A stretch of DNA of 47,507 nt from the NCBI GenBank assembly GCA_049642725.1, contig JBARPC010000005.1:1-47507 (forward strand), in the 5' to 3' direction. Both the position numbers and the translations under genes were made by a program. Shown here in pieces: positions 7,964-17,651 of this stretch; position 1 is the stretch's first letter, and the number at the start of each line of letters is the position of its first letter. The stretch comes from Minisyncoccales bacterium. GTDB lineage: Bacteria; Patescibacteriota; Minisyncoccia; Minisyncoccales; JAGMDC01. The notes below the pieces were generated by a model. It made no database searches, was not told where the DNA came from, and worked only from the letters and a program-made list of their open reading frames with translations.

Positions 7964-9958
7964 ATGAAAGAAAAAATTAAGAAAATTTGGCATTATGTTG
8001 TTCTAATTGTTTCGACCTTAATAATCATTGTTCAATCTATTAATCTTTTAACAAATTTAATAGTTTACAATTGGTATGGTGTTTTAATTGATACTGTTAT
8101 AATTTCCTTGTTTTTATACATTATTTGGAATAGATTCTCTAAGAAAAGACAATCTATCAAAGAAAAAATCAAAATTCAAAAAGGTTTTATTCATATACCA
8201 ATTTTAGCTGTAATTATGATTGGGACTTTAGCTATTGGTGGTGGAGGGTTTGGTTTCCTTTATTATAAAAATTCTGAGCTGATTAAAGAAGCTGAACAAT
8301 TAGCCGAAGAAGAAAAATACAATGAAGCAATTGAGAAACTGCAACTTGCTCAAGATAGTTTTATTGTTGAAAAATTGACATTGAATAAACAAAAAATTAC
8401 TGATAGAACAGAGGAAAATAAAAAATTAGTTATAGATAAAATAAATTATAATCAAGGATTAGATAGATTTGATAAAGAAAATTACCAGGAAGCCATAGAT
8501 TTATTTTCCGAGATTCCCGAAGACTCTTTTTATTCTAATAACTCTAAGTTAAAGACAGAAGAAGCTAAAAGAAAAATTGTTGAGGAAGAACTTGGAGAAA
8601 CAAAGACAGCTCAAAAGGAAGCTGAAGAAGAAGCCCAACAAGAAGCAATCAAAAGAAGTCAAGCTGAAGCGAAAGCGAAACAAGAAGAATTTGAAAAAAA
8701 GTTAAGAGAGCAAGAATTAGCAGATAAAGAAACAGAAGAAAAAATGATGAATGCCGATAATGATAACGATGGTTTAACTTATAGAGAAGAAGAGAAAAAG
8801 GGAACTTCTGATTGGAATTCGGATTCTGATGATGATGGAATACCTGATGGGGAAGATACTAATCCTACTGGTGGTGGGGAATATAAACCTCAATATTTTG
8901 AGTGGGAGTATGATGGCACAGCTTGGACTTGGACTTATTCAATACACGAAGATTGGTATAACTATTATAACAACAAACCAAGAAGTTCTCACGGTCTTGA
9001 GTATGTGACCTCAGATGACCCATTTATACAAGAGATAGCAAAAGCACTAAAAGAAACTGCGGAGGAAAAGGATTATCATTTAGCTTCATTTATAACAAGT
9101 TTTGTGCAGGGATTGCCCTATGTAGCTGATTTTTATACAAATATTGCCGACCGCCCAAAATATCCAGTAGAAACATTTATTGATAGAAACGGTGACTGTG
9201 AGGATTTTTCATATTTGTCTGCCTCGCTTATTACAGCTACTGACATAGGAGTTGCGTTAATTGAGTTTGATGACCATATGGCAATTGGAATCAAAACAGT
9301 TCCAGAACAAGATGGAAGTTATTACGAAATAGGTGATGGTAGATATTATTATTTTGAGACAACAGCAGAAGATTGGCGATTAGGAGAAATGCCAGATGAA
9401 TATAAAAATAAACAGGCGAAAATAACAAGAGTTTGGGATGGTGAAATTACCCATTCTTATCCTAAATATAAAAAACCTTGCTATGCTTCACCAGATTTTT
9501 CTGGTTATTATTACGATAGTAGTAATTATTATTCAGACAGCCAATGCAATAACTTAATCTATTGTATGCCTTATCAAGAGTTTTATCTTAATCCCCAAAC
9601 TTCAAATTTTTATTGGGATAGTAGTTGTAGCCAAATAGTTGTAAAAGGATGTAAGAAGTCAAAAACTTATTCTGGAAAATTTTATATATCAGGCACAGCT
9701 TGGTATTACGACTCAAGATGCACAAACCTTTATAAATCTATGACCTGTGATTACCCGTCTTCTTACGCATATAGCTGTGCCTACGAATCTTCTTATAATC
9801 TAAAAGAGAGCACTTGTGATTACTATAAATCATCCAGCTACTTATCTGACTTGGCTGATGATTGTTATGAAGAACTTGCCCAATGCAGAAAGGATATAAA
9901 TGAATACCAGAGCAAATTAGATGAATACAATCAATGCAAAGATAGAAAAGAATACTAA
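7964..9958 (+). CDS. Large membrane-anchored protein with coiled coil, Asp-rich Ca-binding-like repeats, transglutaminase-like core and Cys/Tyr-rich C-terminus
   Basis: DNDNDGLTYREEEKKGTSDWNSDSDDDGIPDGEDTNP resembles TSP3/OmpA-like repeats. NGDCEDFSYLSASLITATDIGVALIEFDDHMAIG resembles a transglutaminase-like Cys-His-Asp core. Confidence 0.5.
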   Translation: MKEKIKKIWHYVVLIVSTLIIIVQSINLLTNLIVYNWYGVLIDTVIISLFLYIIWNRFSKKRQSIKEKIKIQKGFIHIPILAVIMIGTLAIGGGGFGFLYYKNSELIKEAEQLAEEEKYNEAIEKLQLAQDSFIVEKLTLNKQKITDRTEENKKLVIDKINYNQGLDRFDKENYQEAIDLFSEIPEDSFYSNNSKLKTEEAKRKIVEEELGETKTAQKEAEEEAQQEAIKRSQAEAKAKQEEFEKKLREQELADKETEEKMMNADNDNDGLTYREEEKKGTSDWNSDSDDDGIPDGEDTNPTGGGEYKPQYFEWEYDGTAWTWTYSIHEDWYNYYNNKPRSSHGLEYVTSDDPFIQEIAKALKETAEEKDYHLASFITSFVQGLPYVADFYTNIADRPKYPVETFIDRNGDCEDFSYLSASLITATDIGVALIEFDDHMAIGIKTVPEQDGSYYEIGDGRYYYFETTAEDWRLGEMPDEYKNKQAKITRVWDGEITHSYPKYKKPCYASPDFSGYYYDSSNYYSDSQCNNLIYCMPYQEFYLNPQTSNFYWDSSCSQIVVKGCKKSKTYSGKFYISGTAWYYDSRCTNLYKSMTCDYPSSYAYSCAYESSYNLKESTCDYYKSSSYLSDLADDCYEELAQCRKDINEYQSKLDEYNQCKDRKEY

Positions 9959-10039
9959 TCTTAGAAATAGTGAGTAGCGAAGTAGGATAAAATTTGATTA
10001 AAATTAATAGATAAGGGGACACTTCACTTTTGAAAAAAT

Positions 10040-10172
10040 AGTGTCAACTCTATTTTTTAAAGCAAAAAAAAAGCTCAAAGAATACGAACAGAAAATTGAT
10101 AAAATGGTGTATAAACTATACAACTTAACCAATGAAGAAATTAAAATCGTAGAGAATTTTAATAAAAAATAA
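10040..10172 (+). pseudogene. Remnant C-terminal stub of a DNA methyltransferase/RM gene
   Basis: Translates to ...KAKKKLKEYEQKIDKMVYKLYNLTNEEIKIVENFNKK* with no upstream start. This ending is characteristic of N6-methylase and type IIG C-termini. Confidence 0.45.
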
Positions 10173-10524
10173 AAATTGCGGAGGCAAAGATTGTGATCCT
10201 AATGAACTTTTTCAAACTCGCAGCAGAATTTGCGAGCCATCAGGTTGTAATATTGAAACCGGAAGTCAATGCGTGAATGACCCAAGTTGTGTCCCAGTTT
10301 TTGAAACTGAGACACCATTATTTGAAGAAAAAGTAACTATTATGCATCCTTCTGCACCAGAAGAAACAGCGCCTCAGAAAAGTTTATTGGCTAGTTTAGA
10401 TATGGTTTGGGAAGAAATTACTCAATCAGTTTTCTTGGTAATAATCGTAATTTTATGTTTGATTGGTTTGGTTTTTATTGGAGTTAAGGAATGGCGTTTG
10501 TTTCAAAAAAAGAGAAAGAGATAG
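10153..10524 (+). pseudogene. C-terminal fragment of a Cys-rich surface protein with a membrane anchor
   Basis: Open frame without an in-frame ATG. The only start is GTG at 10273. It reads ...CGGKDCDPNELF...CEPSGCNIETGSQCVNDPSC... followed by a TM helix and KKRKR. Confidence 0.35.
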
Positions 10525-10717
10525 ATCTATGAAAGAAAAATATGCGTCAATTTTATTTTCAAAAATAGTGAGTAGTAAAAAGGGATATGTTCGTAATATT
10601 AAGCGTTCACTAGTAATAATCTTTGCGTTTGTTTTATCATAGCCACAAAGGGCTCAATTTTTTTTATCTTTCTCTAATTAATGGTTTTAAATGCGTTCAA
10701 CACGGTGGAGCAAGCTT

Positions 10718-10741
10718 GTGCTCGGTTCGAGCGACCAAGAC
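10718..10741 (+). repeat. 24-bp direct repeat gtgctcggttcgagcgaccRagac, left copy
   Basis: Identical except for one base to 28918-28941. Contains hairpin ctcggt/accRag. Confidence 0.7.
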
Positions 10742-10755
10742 GCATCAGAATAAGT

Positions 10756-10786
10756 AAAAACATGAAGTATAATGCTTCATGTTTTT
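10756..10786. terminator. Bidirectional rho-independent terminator hairpin
   Basis: aaaaa-catgaag-tataatg-cttcatg-ttttt, with U-runs on both strands. It sits just 3' of minus-strand gene 10808..11716. Confidence 0.55.
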
Positions 10787-10807
10787 GTGTCTGTCGTTAT
10801 TGAAATT

Positions 10808-11716
10808 TTAATTGCAACAACCTGGCATGAAATCACGTTTTGGTGATGGCCATCTTTTCTCTACTCCTTCAATCGTTATTTTTAAACTTTCTTCCTTGGT
10901 AATACTATATTCTTTCCTTAATTTTTCCTTACAGCTATCTGTTAATTCTGATACATTATCTGCATATTTATATATATCAGCTGTTATGAATTCAGAGCAG
11001 TATTCGCATCCAGGAAAATAGCGCTTCATCGCTTCTAAATCAGCCCAGTCTTCACACTTAGCAATTTCTGTAAATATTTCTTTTCGTATTGCTTCGGTTA
11101 ATCCAAAGAGAGTTTCTTCTTTTACTTCTTTGATAGATTCAAGAGTTTTTTCGTCAATGTGGTAGATAATCTTATAAGAGTCTCTGATATTATCCTTTGC
11201 TATTTCTTGAGTTATACCGTCCCAGTTTCCATTAGGACACCATTCAGTATAGCCAATAGTAGGATTACCTCCTTTTAAGTTTTCTTCGCTCTCCCAAGAT
11301 TGAACTACAATTTCATCTATATCTGGATTTTCTGTAGATTTCTCTTTTACTACTTGAGCTAATGTAGATTTTAATTCCTCCAAAGTGATATCAGAGGACA
11401 CTACAATTTGATATTTCATTCTGAAATTGAGAGGCAAATCTTCTAATTCCTGAATAGAATAATCTGATAGTTTTCTCACTCCCAATGCCTTAACGCTTAT
11501 ATCTTCTTCATTGGCTATTTCATAATCTCTTACCTTGTTTTCTTTAATATAGTTTTCGAAAGAAAATTTCTGTTCAGAAATTTGGGGTTGTTCTTGGGCT
11601 TTTTTCTTTTCTTCACCGCTTGGAGCAATGATAATTATTACAAAAATAACAATTAACCAGAACCACCACTTTTTCCAGATTGGTTTTTTAGGTTTTATTT
11701 CAGTTTCGTTTGTCAT
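10808..11716 (-). CDS. Membrane-anchored hypothetical protein
   Basis: 302-aa ORF with N-terminal TM helix WWFWLIVIFVIIIIA and an acidic extracytoplasmic domain ending in CC. Confidence 0.5.
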   Translation of the reverse strand: MTNETEIKPKKPIWKKWWFWLIVIFVIIIIAPSGEEKKKAQEQPQISEQKFSFENYIKENKVRDYEIANEEDISVKALGVRKLSDYSIQELEDLPLNFRMKYQIVVSSDITLEELKSTLAQVVKEKSTENPDIDEIVVQSWESEENLKGGNPTIGYTEWCPNGNWDGITQEIAKDNIRDSYKIIYHIDEKTLESIKEVKEETLFGLTEAIRKEIFTEIAKCEDWADLEAMKRYFPGCEYCSEFITADIYKYADNVSELTDSCKEKLRKEYSITKEESLKITIEGVEKRWPSPKRDFMPGCCN

Positions 11717-11831
11717 TTTTTTATCTGAGATTATTTTAAGTCTTTCTCCGACCTTTTATTTTCGGCGGCATAACACAAAGCTCGCCGCCAGCGATGGTTT
11801 TCACCACCCATACCCCTTTCGGGATATGACC

Positions 11832-11882
11832 CGGTAAGAGTGCTCTGACGACGAGCTTGATGTCTCTTACCGGGTTTTTTGT
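11832..11882 (+). terminator. Strong plus-strand intrinsic terminator (10-bp stem ccggtaagag/ctcttaccgg followed by tttttt)
   Basis: Seen directly. A GC hairpin ggcggc...gccgcc precedes it at 11763-11790. There is no plus-strand CDS upstream. Confidence 0.5.
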
Positions 11883-11949
11883 GCCATGCCTTATAGAATT
11901 ATAAGGGTTAGGCAATATTAAATTGTTATTTCATTATACCTGATTTTCT

Positions 11950-13269
11950 TTATTTTTCCAGCAGAATTTCTCTATCCTTAAGAACCAATTTACTTTTCAA
12001 ACAGGAAAGCAGTTCTCGTTTCTCAAAAATATTTCCTTCTTTTAAGAGATATTTTGCATAATTCCGTATATCAACATCAATATTCGTATTTTCTTTTTTG
12101 TCACCAAGAACCCCAATTCTGAATTTATTGAATCTCATAATTTCCTGCTCGATTTTGGATTTTATTCCGAGTTCGTCTAAATCAACTTTGTCTATAAGTT
12201 TTATTAGTTCATTAATGAGATTTGGTTCATTGATGGCAGGGTTTTTACAATCAATATTTCTCGCTTTCGTGCAGAAATAATAGACATGGCGGTTTACACC
12301 GCCATTTTTGAGCTTTTTAAATTTCTCGTCAGCTGTAACGCCTGAACCGCAATATCCGCATTTAATCAACTTTGTGAATGCAAATTCCTTGCTTTCGGTT
12401 TTCGGAATAAAGTTTTCGTTAAGCGTCATTTGGACTTGATCAAACAACTCTTTGCTTATAATCGGTGTATGCTTGCCAATATACCAATTACTGCTTCCTA
12501 CTGGATATTCAAACTCTCCGTAATAGAAGGAGTTTCGAAGGATAAGATAAATATTTCCAAGTACCAGCAGTTTATCATTTTTGGTTTTGAATCCAATTTC
12601 TATCAACCAGCGATATACTTTGCGTCCACTCCATTGTTCATTTGCCACTCTTTCAAACATTTGTTTTATAATCGGTGCTCGTTTCGGATCTATCCTAACT
12701 TGGCATTTCTTATCAATGTGTTTTTCGTTGAGATAGCCAGTAGGAGCTACTCCTGGTCTAAATCCCATTTCACATCGCGTCCGCAGACCGCGTTTCACAT
12801 TCACAGCCTTATTATCGTTTTCAAGTTTAGCCTGCGAACCAAGTATCATAAGTAGAAATTTTTCATTCGGATTATCGGTGAATTTTTGCCCGAACGTCTT
12901 TATCTCTAAGAGAAGTTTTTGATCCATAAGATCTACGACCGAACCCAGGTCTCCGGCGTTTCTGCTTAGTCTATCCGGAGCCCATGTTAGGATGCCGTTG
13001 TATTTTCCTTCGCGGACTTCGGTTAACATTTGATTGAATATTTTTCTTTGGCCAACTTCCTTTGAGGAATATGATTCGCGTTTGATGTCTACTACTTTAA
13101 GATTGTCTCGTTCAGCTAAAGATAGCATTTCTTTTACCTGTGATTCTATAGAAAGAGCTTGCTTGTCTTCGGCTTCGCTTGATTTTCTGGCATATAAACA
13201 GTACTTAATGTTTGTTGTAAGAATAGGGAACTGGTTATTACTCAATTGTGCTGTTGTCGCTTGTTCCAT
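11950..13269 (-). CDS. Large serine recombinase (phage-type serine integrase)
   Basis: N-terminal resolvase domain (YARKSS...ALSIESQ, catalytic Ser region), recombinase domain (GVAPTGYL...) and a C-terminal zinc ribbon (CGYCGSG...YYFC). Confidence 0.8.
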   Translation of the reverse strand: MEQATTAQLSNNQFPILTTNIKYCLYARKSSEAEDKQALSIESQVKEMLSLAERDNLKVVDIKRESYSSKEVGQRKIFNQMLTEVREGKYNGILTWAPDRLSRNAGDLGSVVDLMDQKLLLEIKTFGQKFTDNPNEKFLLMILGSQAKLENDNKAVNVKRGLRTRCEMGFRPGVAPTGYLNEKHIDKKCQVRIDPKRAPIIKQMFERVANEQWSGRKVYRWLIEIGFKTKNDKLLVLGNIYLILRNSFYYGEFEYPVGSSNWYIGKHTPIISKELFDQVQMTLNENFIPKTESKEFAFTKLIKCGYCGSGVTADEKFKKLKNGGVNRHVYYFCTKARNIDCKNPAINEPNLINELIKLIDKVDLDELGIKSKIEQEIMRFNKFRIGVLGDKKENTNIDVDIRNYAKYLLKEGNIFEKRELLSCLKSKLVLKDREILLEK

Positions 13270-13391
13270 AGGTTTATTTTTTTAATTTCTTATTATTCGA
13301 CCTTTGGAACAAGGATGCCGCAACCCTCCTAGGGAGTCCAGACCCCATCAGTTGGTAAATTGTTTATAAGCTAAAATAGATTTAAACTTAT

Positions 13392-14918
13392 CTATGGAAA
13401 AGGTCTCCATCCTTCGTCATCTTCTCCATCATCTAATAGCCCCATTCTTCTTCGCGGACCAATATTAATCCATTCAAAATGTGGCACAGGTTGATTGCAG
13501 TATACGATAAATTGGTTGGCAACGAGCGAAAAGGCATCCGCAAGATCGTTGTATTTTTCTACACCGAAGCCAATAAGTTGAAGAATAAGTTCTTCGGCAC
13601 CTTTTTTGGGAAACAGAATGAGTCCTTCTTTTATTGCTGCTGTAGTAAGCACAAGTCGTTCATGTTTGTCTCCGTGGGGAGGAACACCCTGAACCTGAAT
13701 TCCTAAACTATGACAATGCTGAATAATAGATTCCTGATAGGCGACTTTTTCAACAAAAATTGTTGGATTAGAGTATACTTCCGTATTTGTCACTAGAAGT
13801 TTAATCTGCGTTACCTGTTCCGGGAATCCAACAGTATCATTAAAAGGAAAAGGCATGACGTAAGCATACTTTTTATCTTTCACTTGATAAATTCTCATAG
13901 CAACAATAGCCGTGCGGTGTGCACTGTTTTTTTCTGATATCGCTAAATCCACGCCAATATAAGTCTGAACGAAATTTTTATCATCCGGAAGCTCTTTATC
14001 GTAATCGTAATAATGAATATATTCGGGTTTAACAACGCGTCCCGTTTCAGAAACAACACGAAGAAGGTATTCTCTTAACCAGGTGATTTCGGTAATGCCT
14101 TTTGTTTTTTCTTCCTCGATAGCTTCCTGGTTGGGAAATTTCCCGGGCCAGGCACAATTACCCTGTTCGTCCAGAAGGGGATATTCCCGATAAATACCGT
14201 GCATTTTATTTTCCTTGATATTTTTTTGCAGTCGTTTAATAAGAGAATCTTCATGAAGCAGGCTTCCAACAATTATAAGTCTGGTATATCTGCTTCCGGC
14301 AGGGATTACATCACCGAGAAGCCAGTTGTATACCTTGTCTCTCCCTTCTTTTGTTCTTACGGAATCCATGTCTTCCAGATCGTCGCAAATGATTAATTGC
14401 GGACGGTACTGCTTATGACGTATACCACGTATGCTCTGTTCGGTAGAGGCAACGGTAATTTTGGCATCATAATGAGTTAGATAAAGTGATACCAAATTCC
14501 AACCATTGTGTTCTTCCTTAAAAGGTCCTAAATCATTTTTTAGCAAATCGTTTGTCTCAAGCTCGTACTTGATTTGTTGGAGCAGTGTTTGAGCTTTCTG
14601 CTGTGTTTTACTCAGAATCAGAACGTGTTTTATTTTCTGCTCTCCGAGGATAGCCCAGAGCGGGAAAGAAAGCGAAAGTAGGGTTGATTTTCCACAGCCA
14701 CGAAAACCGAGTGTCACTGCACTGCGGATGTTCGTATCCTGCGTTATATGGAATATTTCTTCGTGGAAAGGAGCGATGGGGAATTCGGTATAATGTGGAA
14801 AGTAGAAATAGAAGAAGAACTTATGACTCCTTTTTACGATACTTAATCTGACTCTTTTCTCTTTCAACATCACATCAAAAATTTCCTCCACACTCATTTG
14901 TTTATTTTTCTTTTTCAT
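13392..14918 (-). CDS. Phage terminase large subunit
   Basis: Walker A GFRGCGKST, Walker B LIICDDLED, and an RNaseH-like nuclease region IGVDLAISEKNSAHRTAIVAM. Confidence 0.7.
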   Translation of the reverse strand: MKKKNKQMSVEEIFDVMLKEKRVRLSIVKRSHKFFFYFYFPHYTEFPIAPFHEEIFHITQDTNIRSAVTLGFRGCGKSTLLSLSFPLWAILGEQKIKHVLILSKTQQKAQTLLQQIKYELETNDLLKNDLGPFKEEHNGWNLVSLYLTHYDAKITVASTEQSIRGIRHKQYRPQLIICDDLEDMDSVRTKEGRDKVYNWLLGDVIPAGSRYTRLIIVGSLLHEDSLIKRLQKNIKENKMHGIYREYPLLDEQGNCAWPGKFPNQEAIEEEKTKGITEITWLREYLLRVVSETGRVVKPEYIHYYDYDKELPDDKNFVQTYIGVDLAISEKNSAHRTAIVAMRIYQVKDKKYAYVMPFPFNDTVGFPEQVTQIKLLVTNTEVYSNPTIFVEKVAYQESIIQHCHSLGIQVQGVPPHGDKHERLVLTTAAIKEGLILFPKKGAEELILQLIGFGVEKYNDLADAFSLVANQFIVYCNQPVPHFEWINIGPRRRMGLLDDGEDDEGWRPFP

Positions 14919-15298
14919 GGTTTTTTGTCGAACGAAGCAAGCCGGAGAGCTGTTTTTACTAAAGCCATCTGTTCCGGCGTTAGTTCTTCGTCCGAGTGTG
15001 TTAAGCGACCGCTAATTTCAACTTTATTTCCATATTTTGGGTGATGATGACGGAGCCATAATTGAAGAGCCTGAAAGTTCCGGTCGCGAATCAGGGAAAT
15101 TAGCTGAGATTCGCTCATATCTGTTATAAATGCTTCGCCTTCGGTAATAGCCGCATCAGCCTCCCTGGCAAATTTCTTACTTTCTCGCCAGCGGTAATAT
15201 GTGGTTCGTCCAACGCCAACCTTTTTGCAGGCAACCTGCACAATTGGCATTTCCTTTAGCACTACAATCATTGAATCTTTTATTTTATCTTTTTTCAT
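14915..15298 (-). CDS. Terminase small-subunit-like HTH protein
   Basis: HTH VACKKVGVGRTTYYRWRE. Sits directly upstream of and overlaps terL. Confidence 0.45.
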   Translation of the reverse strand: MKKDKIKDSMIVVLKEMPIVQVACKKVGVGRTTYYRWRESKKFAREADAAITEGEAFITDMSESQLISLIRDRNFQALQLWLRHHHPKYGNKVEISGRLTHSDEELTPEQMALVKTALRLASFDKKP

Positions 15299-16629
15299 AA
15301 CTTTTTAGCATTGCGGCCGGTTAATTTTTCAATTCGGCATCTTATAACCGCCGTATAAATGGGGGATTTCTCCATTACAAAGCATCGACGTTCCATGGTT
15401 AAAGCCGCGGCTGCGGTGCTTCCACTACCACCGAAGGGATCAATGATTAGGTCACCCCTTTTAGTTAAGACCTTTAGGTAAGGAATAAGTATGGGTAGCG
15501 GTTTGGTCCCAAAAATTATACCCTGTCCTGAATGTTTGGCGTCGTCTACTTTGAACTGAATAAAATCGGATGGACAGATCTTTTTCCCTTTTTTATAGCC
15601 TTCCCAATGAGGTTTTCCACTAATAGCGTATAGAGCCGTTTCGTATTCATTCTGTAGTAATTCATTTTCCGATTCGCAACTCAGTTCTTTATTTCCCGAT
15701 TTACCAACCATGGCTATATCGTACTTGCTAAAGAATTTATACTTGGCGGAAAATCCCTGCGTCCTATTCGGGGTATTCCAGACAATCATATTCTTTACTT
15801 TCCAGTGTTTCTCCATCTCTCCCCATACGGTTCGAATGTTTTTCCAATTTTCATATACGATGATTGAAAAATCTGGCTTGGCTATCTTTGAAATATTTGC
15901 CATCCATTTTTGGGTGAAATCCGGTGGCAGGAAATCCGTTTCCAAATACCGCCTGTCTCTTTTATAGCCGAAACCCTCAATAGCTTTTCCGTGCTTTTTC
16001 TTGCCCTGCAAATAATTCAGGATGTATGGGGGGTCGGTTAGGCACATGTCGGCTTTTTCTTTACCCATCAACTTGAACACGTCATTTTCGATAGTGGAGT
16101 CTCCGCACATTATCTTTACAAACGGCCCAACCTTATAAACATCACCCTTCTTTATATCTATCTTTTGAATTCCAAGTTTCCGTAATTCTTTTTGGAGGTC
16201 AAAGATTTCTGGGTTTTCGTCAATTCCGAAAACTTCATCCAATTCCTCTGAATTAAATCCAATACCACTTAAGAAATCCTCATCAAAGTTAGCCAACAAA
16301 TTCCAGTCCCAGTCGCCAGTATTCTTATTTAAGCGGATGTTCAATTCCTTCTCGCGTTCAATGTCCGAAATGTTTACGTAAACCACGGGAATTTCCTTAA
16401 ACTTTAACTCTTTTGCTGCCCGTAACCTCATGTGCCCGCCAATCACAATATTCTTCCTACTTGGAGCAATATTTGCAATTACTGGATCAACCATTTGGAA
16501 TCGTTTGATGCTCTCTTTTAATTGTTCCATTGATTCATTGCTGATTTTTCGGGGGTTATATTCCGATGGCCGGAGAGAATCTATGGGAACATACACTATA
16601 TTAAGTTTTGGTTTTGTTATTTTAGTCAT
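15295..16629 (-). CDS. ParB-like nuclease domain fused to DNA methyltransferase (N6-A/N4-C, beta class)
   Basis: N-terminal ParB motifs (LRPSEYNPR, GGHMRLRAAKEL), a DPPY catalytic motif (CLTDPPY) and C-terminal FDPFGGSGSTAAAA (motif I). Confidence 0.75.
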   Translation of the reverse strand: MTKITKPKLNIVYVPIDSLRPSEYNPRKISNESMEQLKESIKRFQMVDPVIANIAPSRKNIVIGGHMRLRAAKELKFKEIPVVYVNISDIEREKELNIRLNKNTGDWDWNLLANFDEDFLSGIGFNSEELDEVFGIDENPEIFDLQKELRKLGIQKIDIKKGDVYKVGPFVKIMCGDSTIENDVFKLMGKEKADMCLTDPPYILNYLQGKKKHGKAIEGFGYKRDRRYLETDFLPPDFTQKWMANISKIAKPDFSIIVYENWKNIRTVWGEMEKHWKVKNMIVWNTPNRTQGFSAKYKFFSKYDIAMVGKSGNKELSCESENELLQNEYETALYAISGKPHWEGYKKGKKICPSDFIQFKVDDAKHSGQGIIFGTKPLPILIPYLKVLTKRGDLIIDPFGGSGSTAAAALTMERRCFVMEKSPIYTAVIRCRIEKLTGRNAKKL

Positions 16630-16887
16630 GCTTTTAATTAGATTATTTATTCTTTATTTACCTCGACTACTGGTAAATATTCACCGCAAGAAACCATCGA
16701 CCAAAATTCTTTCCAGAGAAACAAAACGCCCGCCTAAAAGGAGAGCTCAAAAACAATATTTGTTTAAGCTATCTTTTTAAGCGGGCACGACCGAGGCGAA
16801 CCTCTTCGATATTTTTATTTATTGAATATCTTCTATCGGAGATGACTCCGAAATCCGTGGTACCTACGAAATGTCTCTAAAAAGAAC

Positions 16888-17382
16888 TTAACTTCTTACC
16901 GCTACTTTTATTATAAGAGTCCCATCTTCTATGTCAAGTGCTACCAATTCTCCATATCCTTCGGTGGCTTTATATCGTTCAAATCCTACGCGGCGATTAC
17001 GGGCCCGGACTGCTTCTTTTAAATTTTTATCAAACAGAATTTTAACCATTCTGTCTTTCGGAATATAAATCTTAAATTTTTTTCCAGAATTAATTGCATT
17101 TTTATATATTTCAGTATTTTCTTTATTTAAAGGGAATTTGCTTTCTATCATCAAACCTGAATCAGGGGAGAAGTTCATGTTTACATTTGATATCTGTGTA
17201 GATATCCTGGCACCTTGATGCATTTTTGAGTTGTATGGCAGTTCGGGATACCATTCTTTAGGTTTCCTAAAAACAGTCCCATGAAATTGGATATAATTAA
17301 CTACCATGTCTGCATATTCCGGTTTTTCAACAATCTCTATACTATCTTTTTTAATTTTTCCTTTACTTTTCTTTTTTAGCAT
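16888..17382 (-). CDS. Hypothetical protein (phage-associated)
   Basis: 164-aa ORF divergent from the excisionase-like gene. Confidence 0.4.
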   Translation of the reverse strand: MLKKKSKGKIKKDSIEIVEKPEYADMVVNYIQFHGTVFRKPKEWYPELPYNSKMHQGARISTQISNVNMNFSPDSGLMIESKFPLNKENTEIYKNAINSGKKFKIYIPKDRMVKILFDKNLKEAVRARNRRVGFERYKATEGYGELVALDIEDGTLIIKVAVRS

Positions 17383-17424
17383 TGTAAATTAATAGTAGGT
17401 TATATTTTAATTATATTCTGATTT

Positions 17425-17604
17425 ATGAATAAAAACAAATTACCAGAAATTCTAACAATGAAACAGGCTTGCGAGTTCTTGAACGTTCACCCCAACACCT
17501 TAAGAAATTGGGATAATAAAGGCGCTCTTAAAGCTATTCGATTTGGTAGTCGTAGAGATAGGCGATATAAAAAATCGGATATTTTAAAATTGATTAAAAA
17601 ATAA
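17425..17604 (+). CDS. Excisionase/AlpA-like HTH DNA-binding protein (59 aa)
   Basis: LTMKQACEFLNVHPNTLRNWDNKGALKAIRFGSRRDRRYKKSDI matches an HTH_17/MerR-like excisionase motif. Not in the ORF track because it is shorter than 60 aa. Confidence 0.55.
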   Translation: MNKNKLPEILTMKQACEFLNVHPNTLRNWDNKGALKAIRFGSRRDRRYKKSDILKLIKK

Positions 17605-17651
17605 TTTATATGTTTTTAAACGATAACAAAAATTGATTAATTTTAAAAAAT

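Noticed and set aside
16630-16887. Long imperfect hairpin (cccgcttaaaaag...cttttaggcggg on the minus strand) as an ncRNA
   Set aside because: It sits in the intergenic gap between two minus-strand phage genes. It is most simply a terminator or attenuator and is not supported as a separate gene.
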